Shown piece by piece: positions 12,165 through 23,457 of a stretch of 64,000 nt of DNA. Origin of the DNA: Marsupella aquatica. Lineage: Eukaryota; Plantae; Marchantiophyta. The DNA is taken from positions 622,751 through 686,750 of the forward strand of contig OZ316898.1 in assembly GCA_973895155.1 (NCBI GenBank), given 5' to 3'. Made by a program: the position numbers and the translations under genes. Position 1 is the first letter of the stretch. Each line of letters opens with the position of its first letter. Under the pieces are notes generated by a model that worked only from the letters and a program-made list of their open reading frames with translations, was not told the origin of the DNA and ran no database searches.

Positions 12165-12556
12165 GACTAGTATGCACATTGGTCAAATGTAGAGTAATAC
12201 CTTCATGCTCACAATAGAGGTTGAATTCATTGGAAATATACTCACTGCCATTGTCTGAGCGGAGATACTTCACCTTCTTTCCCGTTTGTGTCTCAACCTA
12301 TGTTTTCCACTTCTTGAAGATTGGAAACACCTTCAACTTCTCACGCATGAAATAAATCCAAATTATGTGTGAATAGTCATCAATAAATGAGACATAGTTT
12401 TTATGCCTGAAATTGAAAGAACTAGGGATTCCCACACATCAAAAGGAATATAATCAAGTGTATCCTTGGAGGTATGATGAGCAATGTTAAAACTGAAACA
12501 ATGTTGTTTGCCAAGAATACAATGCTGACAAAACTCCAGCTCACAAGACTTTGCAC
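12165..12556 (-). pseudogene. Ty1/copia GAG-pre-integrase/integrase fragment
   Basis: Minus-strand translation gives GAKSCELEFCQHCILGKQH...YVSFIDDYS..IWIYFM...KKVKYLRSDNGSEY, with stops. Confidence 0.85.
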
Positions 12557-13847
12557 CCCTGGGCCCTCACTCTTGCTATATTAAGTGAACCCCCCTGAGA
12601 ACAGACACCCCCCGTGTACCCCTTCTTAATATTTTTGTTCACAAAAAAAATCCCTTGTTAATGTAAAAACATTATTTTTTCCTATAAAAATTTATCCTTT
12701 TGTAAATTATAACAGAGTTTTTCAAGGAATTAAAAAAACCCTTGAATTTTTAAAAATTGTAAATATCATAGTGAAACATAAAAGATTCTATTTTGCATAG
12801 GGGAATATTATGTTACGCTGATGTTCATGGTACATATTTTATATAGATCATAACAAAATTAGTACTAAAGATTTATAGTTCTTCCTAGAGTATAGGACTA
12901 TAACTCAGGCAACTTGTAGACCTCATAGAGATAAACTGAACTAGTACAAAGGCATTATTATACTATGCTATATCCTTGGAGGAATAATTGCATATATACT
13001 ACTTATGTAAACTCCAATTGCTAAATTATTCTATCTTGACTAAGAATAGTATGACATCAACCATTAACACCAAATGATAAGTAGAGTTTTTGGCAACTTC
13101 TTTCATGCAACCTGACACATCAAACCACACATTAATCATATATATTCTAGACACAAAGTACTAATAATACAAAAAATGACTACTGAAAATTGTGGAGAGT
13201 AATACCATCAAATCTCCTTTGGCTGAAATTGTTACTTAGACATGGTGGGTAATTTTCCTGCCATCTCTGCAATCAAACAACTGTGAGCATCGGGTACCCC
13301 CCCCAACCCAATGATCAAGGGAGTACACCACCCCACACACAAACACACCTGGCCTCATACCTGGCCATTTGATTGGAGGGAATTCAAAAGTAATCTTGTT
13401 TGTCTATGTGGGATTGATTCATGGGTCCCCATCAATCCCAGAACCCCAAACGAGTTGGGCCCCCAAATCCTGGCCCAACATTTACTTAACTCCCAACTTA
13501 ACACATGCGGGTAAACAAGTCTACCATGCAAGCCCATGAAACCAAACGTGCCTTAAGAGGATAAATAATTAAATATCTAATTTACTATATGGACATGTGT
13601 GCCAATGAAGTGATAACATGTGTGCCAACCATATAGTGACACGTGTCCTTGGCATTTTAGGTACCCTTGCATAAGATTATTGTGACATGTATTTGAGAAG
13701 AGCCTTATTACTAATATTGTGATGAATGTATATACATGGATGTTGCCTACTTTAAAAAATATTATAAAAATTAGTTTGCATTACATTAAAAATACCCTTG
13801 CGTTGTTCGCACGTTCTCCCTGCATTAGTAACGCTGAGGGCCCAGGG
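12557..13847. mobile_element. 1.3-kb non-autonomous TIR element (CCCTGGGCCCTCA...TGAGGGCCCAGGG), AT-rich
   Basis: Perfect 13-bp TIR and the subterminal ACCCTTG....GTTCGCACGT motif. Flanks differ (CTTTGCAC / GTTTAAAT), and the host copia lacks the zinc knuckle and protease at this site. Confidence 0.8.
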
Positions 13848-14650
13848 GTTTAAATCGACTCTTGGTTACTGATAAAGCAGAAGAGGAAGCATGAGAGGTT
13901 ACATGCATTTTCTTCCTACTATCATCTGCAAGAAGAGTGCTTACCGTAGGAAATCTGATCCTTACCATAGAGTATGGTCTGATTCAAATGCTCATACAAT
14001 TTTGGCAAGGAGATAAGAAGAAACAAAGATTTCTTCTTGTCTTCAACTTTTTCATTAACAGTGGCCAACTCAGACACTATCAAGTTAAAGGTATCAATAT
14101 GATTGGCAAGTTTTGTACCTTCTATCATGTGCAGTGTCATCAACTTCAAGGTTATGTATAAACAAGTTGCCAATTCTTTTGGTACATCTGTTTAAGTTGT
14201 TCCCACAATTTTATCAGTGAATCCTCAGTCACACTTGGAGTAGAACATTAGATGCCAAGTGTAACCGGATTAAGTTGAGAGCTTGTGCATAGATGTCATC
14301 TCAATCCTCCTCAAACATTGCTGATGGCTAACTTTTCAATGATGCGCCCAAACCTTGCAAAACTAACACATCTTGCATTCGAACTTGCCCCCTGGGCCCT
14401 CACTCCGTGTAAAAGAAGTGGACCCCCTACGACCAGGCCCTTTTCCTGTTTACCCCTTGTTATTTCCATTTTACTATTAAAAGTTTCCTTATTACCGGTA
14501 ATAATTATAATTATCAATTCAAAATTAATAAAAAAACCACCCTTTGAGCGTTCACACGTCTTCCACATATTAGTTAAGACTGAGGACCCAGGGAACTTGC
14601 CATAACATGAAATTATTATGACCGGTAAACTTCTCCACCTCATATTTTGC
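13848..14650 (-). pseudogene. Decayed Ty1/copia gag (UBN2-type), interrupted by a MITE
   Basis: KYEVEKFTGHNNFMLWQV|RMQDVLVLQGL; ...HIDTFNLIVSELATVNEKVEDKKKSLFLLISLPKLYEHL. Confidence 0.85.
14390..14593. mobile_element. 204-bp MITE with CCCTGGG TIR and 8-bp TSD AACTTGCC
   Basis: CCCTGGGCCCTCA...TGAGGACCCAGGG. AACTTGCC at 14382-14389 and 14594-14601. Removing the element plus one TSD restores the gag frame WQVRMQD. Confidence 0.9.
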
Positions 14651-15599
14651 ACTAGTAACTTTTGATGGAACCATTGTACACCTCTAGAACCTTGAAGTGC
14701 CAAAAATCATTTTACAGCTTCTCAATTTCACACAAATTTGCACATCAGCCTACGACAACACGACATCATTAGCCACAAAATTACCAAAAATGAAAATTGT
14801 TGAAATTGAAATCCAAGAGCACTCATAGGTACCCTAGAAGGTATTGGATTTTGTCCCAAAATTTGTTTGCCAAAAACATATCTCAGTTGAGATATTTTTA
14901 CTGCCGAGTAAGGGGGGTTAAAACGTCAAAATTGGACCCCCAAGGAGAATCAATTCACTCAAATTTGCAAGCAAAGTTGTTTGACAAATTGTTTGCACTG
15001 GCCCCTACTCAACTCCCTTAAGTATGCCCTTGAAAAATATTGTGTCAATACAACATCGGATGATTTGCCAAAAATCCAATTCCGTCCCCAAAACGAGCTT
15101 GCTGGAAAAATATATTTTCCTTAAATTCCCGCAACCCTTGTGCAGGCCTTGTAGAAGTTTTTTCAGAGCTGCCCAGAGGCTGCCACATGTGCCCTAGGCC
15201 CCCTTGAACCCCCTGTCACCCCCCTCAACCCTTTTTCCACGTCCGCGCGTCACCTTGCATGAGTAAATACTTGCGGCAGACTTACCCCCCAATGTCCAGG
15301 GACCAGTTTCAAGTAGTGTGAAACTTGTGTTTTAAGTTTTAGGGACTTAGCACTTTTGTCGTATTTTAATGAATTATTTAATCTTCATTTGATCCATTTC
15401 AAATCTCATTTCTAAATTCAAATTAACACTAATCCTTTGTCATCAAATTTTTTCAAGCTTCTTTCTTATTCATTCACAACTCAAAGTAGTCATAGAAAAT
15501 ACTCAAGCACTGTTTTCATTGTTATACAATCCATTGCAATGACAACAAAGGTGCCCCAAAACAACTTAACTCTTGTCTTATTTAAATAGAAATTCATGT

Positions 15600-17700
15600 T
15601 TGAGGTTACGAAAGGTTTTCATCGGCTGGCCATTTTCTAGCTCAAGAGTTCCATGGTCATTTCAGATCAGGTCTTTGTATCAGGTCAGGTCTTGGTCTCA
15701 AATTAGGTCTCGGTCTCAAGGTCGTCAATGGTCTCTTCCAGGCATTTTGAACATAGCTTCAATCTCTGTTGAGCTTCCTTCACATCCTCGTTCCTCTTGC
15801 TCTCTTCCTCTTGCCCTTTCTTCCTTCTCTTCTTGATCTTCCAATCCCATAACATGAAGAATCTTTGACCAGAAGTTTCAAAACTCATGACAACGAATAG
15901 TTCCTAACTTAAATATTGTTTCAATTACTGGATTCCACTTTCTAAAGAATGTAACTTAATCAGCTTGTAATCTTCCTTAAAGCGGGCCTTAAAACTCCAC
16001 AATATCAAATGTAAAAATGTACAAGTAACCCATACTTCCAACTGGAACTTCCTAATTAATCGCATGAAAAAGTTCCTCTGTCATTTTGGTCCAAGACAAA
16101 TAAATTAAAGCTCATTCTTCCAACTTCAGATAAATCAGTCCATCGCTGTTCACGGTCGGTTTTTGTTCCTCGGCGCCCAACTTCTACCATTCCCTTTTCT
16201 CCTGAATTCCAATGACGTGCTCCATAAGAATATTCAAGCTGCCCTCTCGCTTTTGTGATAGCGCTTTATCCACAACCAACATTGCGGACGCTCATCTCCA
16301 TAGATTCGTTCTTTTAGCCAAATGATTTCCCAATCAGCCTCTGCGTTGTATCCTTCCATTCTTTCTTTTCAGATTCTTTGTCTCTTTCTCTCTTACACCA
16401 ATTAAATTACTCCTAGTATCTCCGGGAGTATCTCCTATCTCTGCTTTATCGTTCGTTGCATCCAAACCACATTACAGCAAGCTTCGTTCAGTCTGATCAC
16501 TCTTAAAACCTTCATCGTCTTTCTTCCCTTCCTTGCACTAACCTCTGTGCGTAATATCCATAGTGTTTCTCTTGAAATCCTCATCACTGCACCTCCATGG
16601 ACTCTTATCCATGTTCTTTATTCCCACCATTCCCTCTACTTTTCAACACCCAACCAACTCAAACTCTCATGCCCTCTCAGTCGTTGAATTCACAACCTTA
16701 GCTTTCTTCTCCTTTGAACTTTGATAATGCATTCCTCAGCCACCTGAAGTCATCACTTCCTTTCACTTTACATCAACCGATCTATCTATGTATTTTCTTT
16801 CAATCTTTGTTTAGCCAAAAATCCTTCTCCGGAGCTTCCCTTGGATGTGATGCTTTTTCCAAAAAATCTCAATCCTGTGTTAGAACTTCTCATTCTTCTC
16901 CTCACTCCCTTGCATTTCATTCTTCACCTGCAATCTCCTTCCACAATTCAATCGCCCATCGCTCCTTGTCGTTCTTCATAGCCCTCGACTCTCCCTGAGC
17001 ATCCTTCAGAAATTCTTAGTCACCATAGAATCCCGCTATTGAACTTCTTGCAGCCTTCGATCCAATTCGCGCTCCCCCTTTCTCAGGTTTCCTTAACTTC
17101 AATTCCATCCCCACAATCTTTCTTCATCTCGATCCCCTCCTCTTTTTTCCGTTGCCCATTCCCTCCAGCCAATTTCAGCTCACAAAGAGTTCACAACGAG
17201 CAGGAGTTATTATTTCCCTTCACTCTTCATTAGCCAATCCTTTCCGCAGCACCTCATTCCTCATTCCTCAGTCTGAACTCTTCATTCATTCATTCTCAAT
17301 TTTGACTAGCCAAAAGTCCTTTTCTCCAATTTCAGCCGTGTCTTTATCCTCTTCCCTGGAATGTCCATAACATCATGGCCTTCCTCTTCCACCCCTTATT
17401 CCTCCGAACAAAATTCCACAACAATCTAGATGCGCTCCTTGCTGCCTATGATTTCCTCCTTCCACACTGTCCACTATATTCAACTCCATATCTCCATCTT
17501 CTCCAAAACTTTCCTCAAACAATAATAACGATCCTGCAACTAGAGTTCCTTCCCAGTCCTTAGCTTCTTGTTTGCCTCACCTCGTTCAACCGAAAGGCCA
17601 AAAATCCAATAACAACACCTCACCATCGGCTGTTTCTCCCTCTTTTACCCAAACTTCAATCGTGTGCCTCTACCTTTGAAAAATACCCTTATAAATTTTT
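15600..17700 (-). pseudogene. Degenerate purine-rich, E/K-rich coding-like tract in the leader of the decayed copia
   Basis: Strong GAA/GAG bias on the minus strand with many stops; fragments such as FFMRLIRKFQLEVWVTCTFLHLILWSFKARFKEDYKL. Confidence 0.3.
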
Positions 17701-18494
17701 CAAATCCTTCAAGCCGCCATGTGTTGCTAACACAATAATTTGCCTTAAAATCCATTTAGCCTAAGCTAAATACTTCTTCCTTTATTTCTCTTTTGTCCTA
17801 TTGTTGTTCTTTTCAAACAAAATCCATTCTCAGAAACACAAACCACCTTCAAGCATCTCCAACTCAGAAACAAGACATTTCCTTTCCCTCCGTCCTTATC
17901 CGACCCGACAACACCGGCGGGATATCTAAGATATCTCTTTGGGGTTTTAACTAAAAACAAAACCAATTTCAGATTCTGAAACTAGATTTCAAGGTGCTTC
18001 AAATAAACATAAGAAACTCTAAAAATGGTGAAGAATTGAGGGAGATAAAATTTGGAGAAGATAGTTGATTTTGACCTATCCACCATAGTCGGGATTTCGA
18101 GCTCAATTCGTGAGGATTCAATCCAAAAGTTCTTGGCGACAACTCAATGAAACACATTGATTTCTTCACCTTCATATTTCATAGCAACAACACTCGCACC
18201 AATCTTCCTTCAATGATCACTAATGTCTTACAAGAAACCAAAATCATATCACGGAAGCCACGTTTCCCTTGGTAATCAAGTTGGGACCTCAAAAACCATC
18301 GGAAAATTGTCTAGTATGAAAATTGAAATTGCTTAGCCATATGTGAACAATCTCTCAACTAAATGTGCAAGTTTCTACTTCATAGACCTCATTATCCGAT
18401 CACCACTTCGTATGTCAACGTTCACACTTCCACCCCAAAAAACTGTCAATCAATCACAATAAATTGTTAAGACATCAGCTGATCTCAAACCAAA

Positions 18495-18836
18495 GCTTTG
18501 ATACCAATTGTATGATTGAAATGGACAACATGATGTCTCATAATCATCACTTCATACAACACTCAAGTACATCAACACAAAGATACGTGGTTCACCTCGT
18601 CAGGGCTACGTCCACGGTCACACCAAGAGCTTCACTATAAACAAAAAAAATACATATCATCATAGTTCCATAATCCAAGTTCTCTCTCTCTCTCTTACAC
18701 AAAGTTCTCAACTAAGTGCTCTCCCTCCATGGGATACAAAGAGGGTTATCCCTTCATGAAGAGTCTAGTCAACAAATGTTAACTTAAGTTTACTTACTCT
18801 AGTTAATCTAGCCAAGGTTGAGTCAAAACCCCAACA
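18495..18836 (-). mobile_element. 5' LTR (18509-18836) and Met-tRNA PBS (18495-18506) of the decayed copia
   Basis: TG...CA, 328 bp. PBS TGGTATCAAAGC. Shares agatacgtggttcacctc...ggctacgtccacgg with the LTRs at 46905 and 53008. Confidence 0.85.
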
Positions 18837-20393
18837 CTTTTCAAGTCATGCAATTGTAGCGAGCAATGTCTCTTGTGCAGGCAACACTTTGTAAGGGTAT
18901 GTGAGGCCAAAACAATATTTTGTAATGGATTTTGTTTAATTGATGTTATTGTCAAATGTTTGGTGTGGATGTTTAGACTTCAGGTATTTTCTCCGTTGTT
19001 ACAAAATCTGTTGAATTGGAAACCTATATGGTGGGACACCTTCTCCCTATTTTGTCTTATTAAAAGAGATGGTCAAGTATTTATATATATATATGGCCTA
19101 GTATATTTTAGCTATTTCTCATACCCCTCTAATTTTTCAAATCCTTAGGTTTGACTGATATGCTAGAAATTTATATTGATATACTATATTTTAGTTTTTT
19201 TGGTTTAATAATTTATTCTAAGATTCTTCATTATCAGGTGACAAGGTTCACCTAAGCAGGTTGGCAGAACATGGACTCAGGTTACAACCCGAACATGCAT
19301 TGTAATTTAGATATCCATTGGTAAAAAATGTCAAATGTTTATGGTTTATACATTAATAGGTGTCACCTAATAGAGAGAGACCGTCAAACTAGAATCTAAA
19401 ACTAGAATACAAAATTAGTGTATTCCTTTTTCATTCAGAAATACTATACTCCTAAGGTACATTGATTTATTCATTATAATGTACTTGTCTGTCTTCCAAA
19501 AAGTATAGTACCTCTCCTCACTTTAAAGGTGTGCATTTTTTTATTACTTTTTTGGAATCTGTTTAAATACATTTGAATACCATGGGATAGCTTTTATTTC
19601 ATAAGCCAGTTAAACTTATCAGTGTTCTAAATAGAGTACAATGTAATTTATTGTCAATAAGTTAAAATAACATTTTTTTTGAGAGGGCCAGCTTTATAGA
19701 CAGGAGGGCAAGCTGCGTCAGAAGGTAGAGAATGGGGTCCTCAGTAACGTTGGTGCAGCATCTTTTGAGCAGCAAAAACTCACTAGATCCCAGCTCTCTA
19801 CAAGGTCTTGGTCACTTTTGGCAAAATTTAGGTCAGTTTTTCTTTTCTGATTAGCCAAATTTCCACTTAGCCATAGTCCCCATTAGTCAGAATCTAAAAG
19901 ACCCACCAGGTTTCTAACCATAGGACCGTAATGGCTGGTATAATTGGTGGTATAAATAGTGCTAGAGTTAACTGCGCAGAATGAGGCCATTGAGGTGGGT
20001 GGGCTTTTGGCCATTATGGCTTTTACATGGTCACTGAGGCCATCCCTGTAGCTGTCATTGCTAGCTGCAACAGCCAACAGGACAGGCCTGAGACACGGTT
20101 CAAATAAAACAAAGTGTTCAGGATACACTAGTATCTCTCCATATCACATTCCCCCATGGGCGACCGATCATTTCATTGTACTGTGATTCATAATTAAAGT
20201 TAGGGGTGAGTGTAAGTTTACCCGCCAGAGTGCCATTAGTGAGTGTGATCTTTGCTAAATCGTGACGCTAAGGCTTGAAAGAGACATTTGTTTGACAAGT
20301 TTTCCACAGCAGGCGTTAGAAGGTTCCCTTCCTTCAATCATCTTTAGCCATGAGAAAAACCAGGTTTCACTATAAATAGTATCTTTTACTGAA

Positions 20394-21071
20394 TTTGTGG
20401 AGCAATATGGAATTTGTGGAGCAATATGGAAGGGAGAGGGTAAAAGAATTTTTGGAGCAATATGGAACTGGAGAGGAGAAGAATGAGAGTAAAATGAGAA
20501 AGGAGAAGTCTTAGACAATTCCTCTTTTATATGGCTGGGAAAGGAGAAGAATGAGAGTAAAATGAGAAAGGAGAAGTCCTCTTTTATATGGCTACTACTT
20601 CACATTTATCATCAGATTCGTCAACAGTCTGCTTTCTTGGTGTTTCATCAAATATATCTTGGTTGCCCAATTTTTGATAGATTAGGTTTGTAAACTGAAT
20701 GATCTTTACAATTGTTACCGGGACCCTCTAGTTTGTAGCTCAGTGCTCTTTTGGGTTCTTGTGCATTCTGCAGAGTGCTCAATTGTGAGTTGACCAGTCC
20801 CACAATCACCTATTTTATTGTTCAATACTGTGTGTGGGTTCTTCTGGATTCTGCAGAGTTCAATTGTGAGTTCAACAGCCCTAAATTGTGTGTAGGTTCT
20901 TCTAGATTCTGCAAAGTGCTCAATCGTGAGTTCAACAGCCCTAAATTTAATATTACCGAAGTAGGTCAGACCATGTCAATCTCTGCCAGAGATACATCGA
21001 TCCATGCCACATAATTTCAACATCGATCCATGCCACATAATTTCAACATCGATCCATGACACACAATTTCT
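20394..21071. repeat. Cluster of short direct and tandem repeats
   Basis: GGAGCAATATGGAA x3; GGAGAAGAATGAGAGTAAAATGAGAAAGGAGAAGTC x2; ATTCTGCA...GTGAGTT block x3; 26-bp ACATCGATCCATGCCACATAATTTCA x3 (20994-21071). Confidence 0.85.
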
Positions 21072-22668
21072 TCAAAGAGCAAGTGAGGCACCGAACTTTT
21101 AAACTGATGCATCCGTTAGACCCTTCCCCAAGGTGAAAAATATGCCGGACAAAATCCCCACACATATGGAGAAGGAACTGACTGACAAAGACGCTTCAAC
21201 GCCCTACAATTTTCAGACATATTTCTGAACTCTACATTTTGAAGGTGTACCTAAACGTTTATTATTCTGAAAAGGTCAGTGGAAAAGCACAACACCCTTA
21301 GCTAAGTTGTGATGCATATATTACGTTCAATCCGAAGAGCATGGCCGAAAGCATATGCAGGTGCCACATTATAGGGGTTCATGTTTCATCAGATTGATTT
21401 TGGGTGTCTAGGATCTGTTCCGTCCACCTACAGTAGGCTGCCAAAAGTTCTGCTTAGAATTGCTCCAAATTGCAGCCGACAAGTAGAGAGAATTAGATAT
21501 TTCGGCTCAGAATTGCCTCACATTAGAAGCAGCAAGAGCAGGGAATGAGGACCAGTGCGAGAGACACAAGGGCTCAAAGCTCCAAACAAAAGCTCTCAAG
21601 ATCAGCCAACGAGCTAAACTGAAGGCGGTTGGACATAAATTCATTAGAGACTTGGAAATGAACAAACCCCTATTTAGAGAAGGATCACAGCACTTCATGA
21701 GTAGCAATTCAGATACTTCAAGAGTTGTTTCTAAGATCATATTGCTCTGGGTAAATGGCGAACTGATGGTGCGATTTCACAAATGACTCACGGTCACTCC
21801 GAACTGATTTTTCTGTGTGCATGAATGCCGCAGAGCTGAGAAGGATGAACTGTACATTCCAAATTCTGCATGAATCATAAGGTGCTTCACCATGCTTCTG
21901 AAAGAAGCCCGCACACCGAATGAACAACAGACTCAACTGCGGCACACGAGCGTTAATCTCATGCAATAAAATGTATGAAAGGATGATCCAAGACAGGCTT
22001 CAATTTCTTAAAAAATGTCCTAAGTCATAGCTATAATGGTTGCCAGGAATACCAGGTACTCACATCCACCTCACAGAGATGATTCTATTCTTGACTACCT
22101 TGAATGTGAACCTGCAGGCAAAAAAAAGATTGCTAAATTAGCTCAATCCGAGCTTGCTACCGAGTTGAACAAACAGGTTGATAAGCACCACACCAGTTTT
22201 GAATTGCTGGTACCTGGCCAGGGAGAATTGTTAAGCTAGGTAAGTCAAGCATCCAACGATCTCCCGTCTTAGTGTACAACCCGCGGAGGCGACTAATGTC
22301 AGTCCTACGGCAACTTCGGCCAAATTCAGAATGCACGTCGTAAAGCGGACCGAATCCCCATCTAAGAATGTTTTTCCACAATATTGATCTAAAACGCAAT
22401 TCGCGCCACGAAATAAATACAACGAAGCTACATTCGAGGTTGCAAACAAGGGAGATGAGAAAATCCAACTTTTCCGAGTTTTCCTCCGCCTTCTCCCGTT
22501 TCCTCGAGGGGGCAGCTACCTATAGTTTCGGTAACAAGGTAATCAGATGTGGGCACATAGAAAACTACTGGCAGCCATAAAATATCTCCTGTCAATTGGA
22601 CAAGGTCGGCGACCAGGTGATGACCTTAAGCTGAGAGAGCTTGGCATGCGTGCATTTAAAAACCAAAA

Positions 22669-23457
22669 TCACTCTGCCTTGCGACTGGTATCACGACCTC
22701 GAGATGACGACGAGGCAGAAGGACTAAGCGTAGACGGAGGAGAAGGAGGAGATGGAGAGGATAGGAGTAGCCTATAAACACCAGCAGCGAACAGAGCTCC
22801 GATGTAAGGCGTCACCCAATACACATAGATATGCTCGGTCGAAGTATGTCGGCCGTTGAAGTAAGCCCAACCGAACGCGTCCGAGGGATTCATAGCTGGA
22901 CCAGTGAGCCCTCCCGCAAACCGAACGAGAGTGAGAGCACAGGTGACGATGATGGGGGTCTGCAGAAACCTATTCTTGGTGCCACGCAGCACAGTGTACA
23001 AGACAATCAACGTGAGCACGAATGTAAGCACTCCTTCCGCGAGAGCTCCCTGGTGGAGATCTACTTTCAAATTAGGGCCCGGGCCCAGAGTGTGCTTGTA
23101 TGCTCCCGGCATCAACTCATGCACCGCCCAAACGCCTCCGGCAGCTCCGATTGCCATGGATGGCATCCTCAGCGCCAGGCTGAAGAGGGTATCGTCCCCT
23201 ACGCCGGACACGTAGAATGCCATTGGCGCAGTGGGGTTCCATGCAGCCCCGCCAGCCGCCACAGCCAATTCCACAAAGACGAGATTCACAACCAAAATTA
23301 TGGCGTACAGTATGGGAGTCCTGTCACCCTGCCAATCAAGATAATCACCTAGCACCAGTGATGCTGCGCCCAAGCCCGATGTCACCACTGTCCACGCAAA
23401 CGTAAGAATGCCATCTGCCAAAGCCAATTTCACAGCCTTCCCTGCAGCCATCTCCAT
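22669..23457 (-). CDS. SIP1: SIP-subfamily aquaporin (small basic intrinsic protein), 262 aa, single coding exon
   Basis: MIP-like hydrophobic helices; GGAAWNPT and GPAMNPSDAFGWAY; SIP hallmarks LKVDLHQGALAEGVLTF and HIYVYWVTPYIGA. Confidence 0.93.
   Translation of the reverse strand: MEMAAGKAVKLALADGILTFAWTVVTSGLGAASLVLGDYLDWQGDRTPILYAIILVVNLVFVELAVAAGGAAWNPTAPMAFYVSGVGDDTLFSLALRMPSMAIGAAGGVWAVHELMPGAYKHTLGPGPNLKVDLHQGALAEGVLTFVLTLIVLYTVLRGTKNRFLQTPIIVTCALTLVRFAGGLTGPAMNPSDAFGWAYFNGRHTSTEHIYVYWVTPYIGALFAAGVYRLLLSSPSPPSPPSTLSPSASSSSRGRDTSRKAE

Noticed and set aside
20994-21071. Short direct repeats resembling a CRISPR array (also 60212-60290)
   Set aside because: Units are head-to-tail with no unique spacers, there are no cas genes, and the context is eukaryotic.
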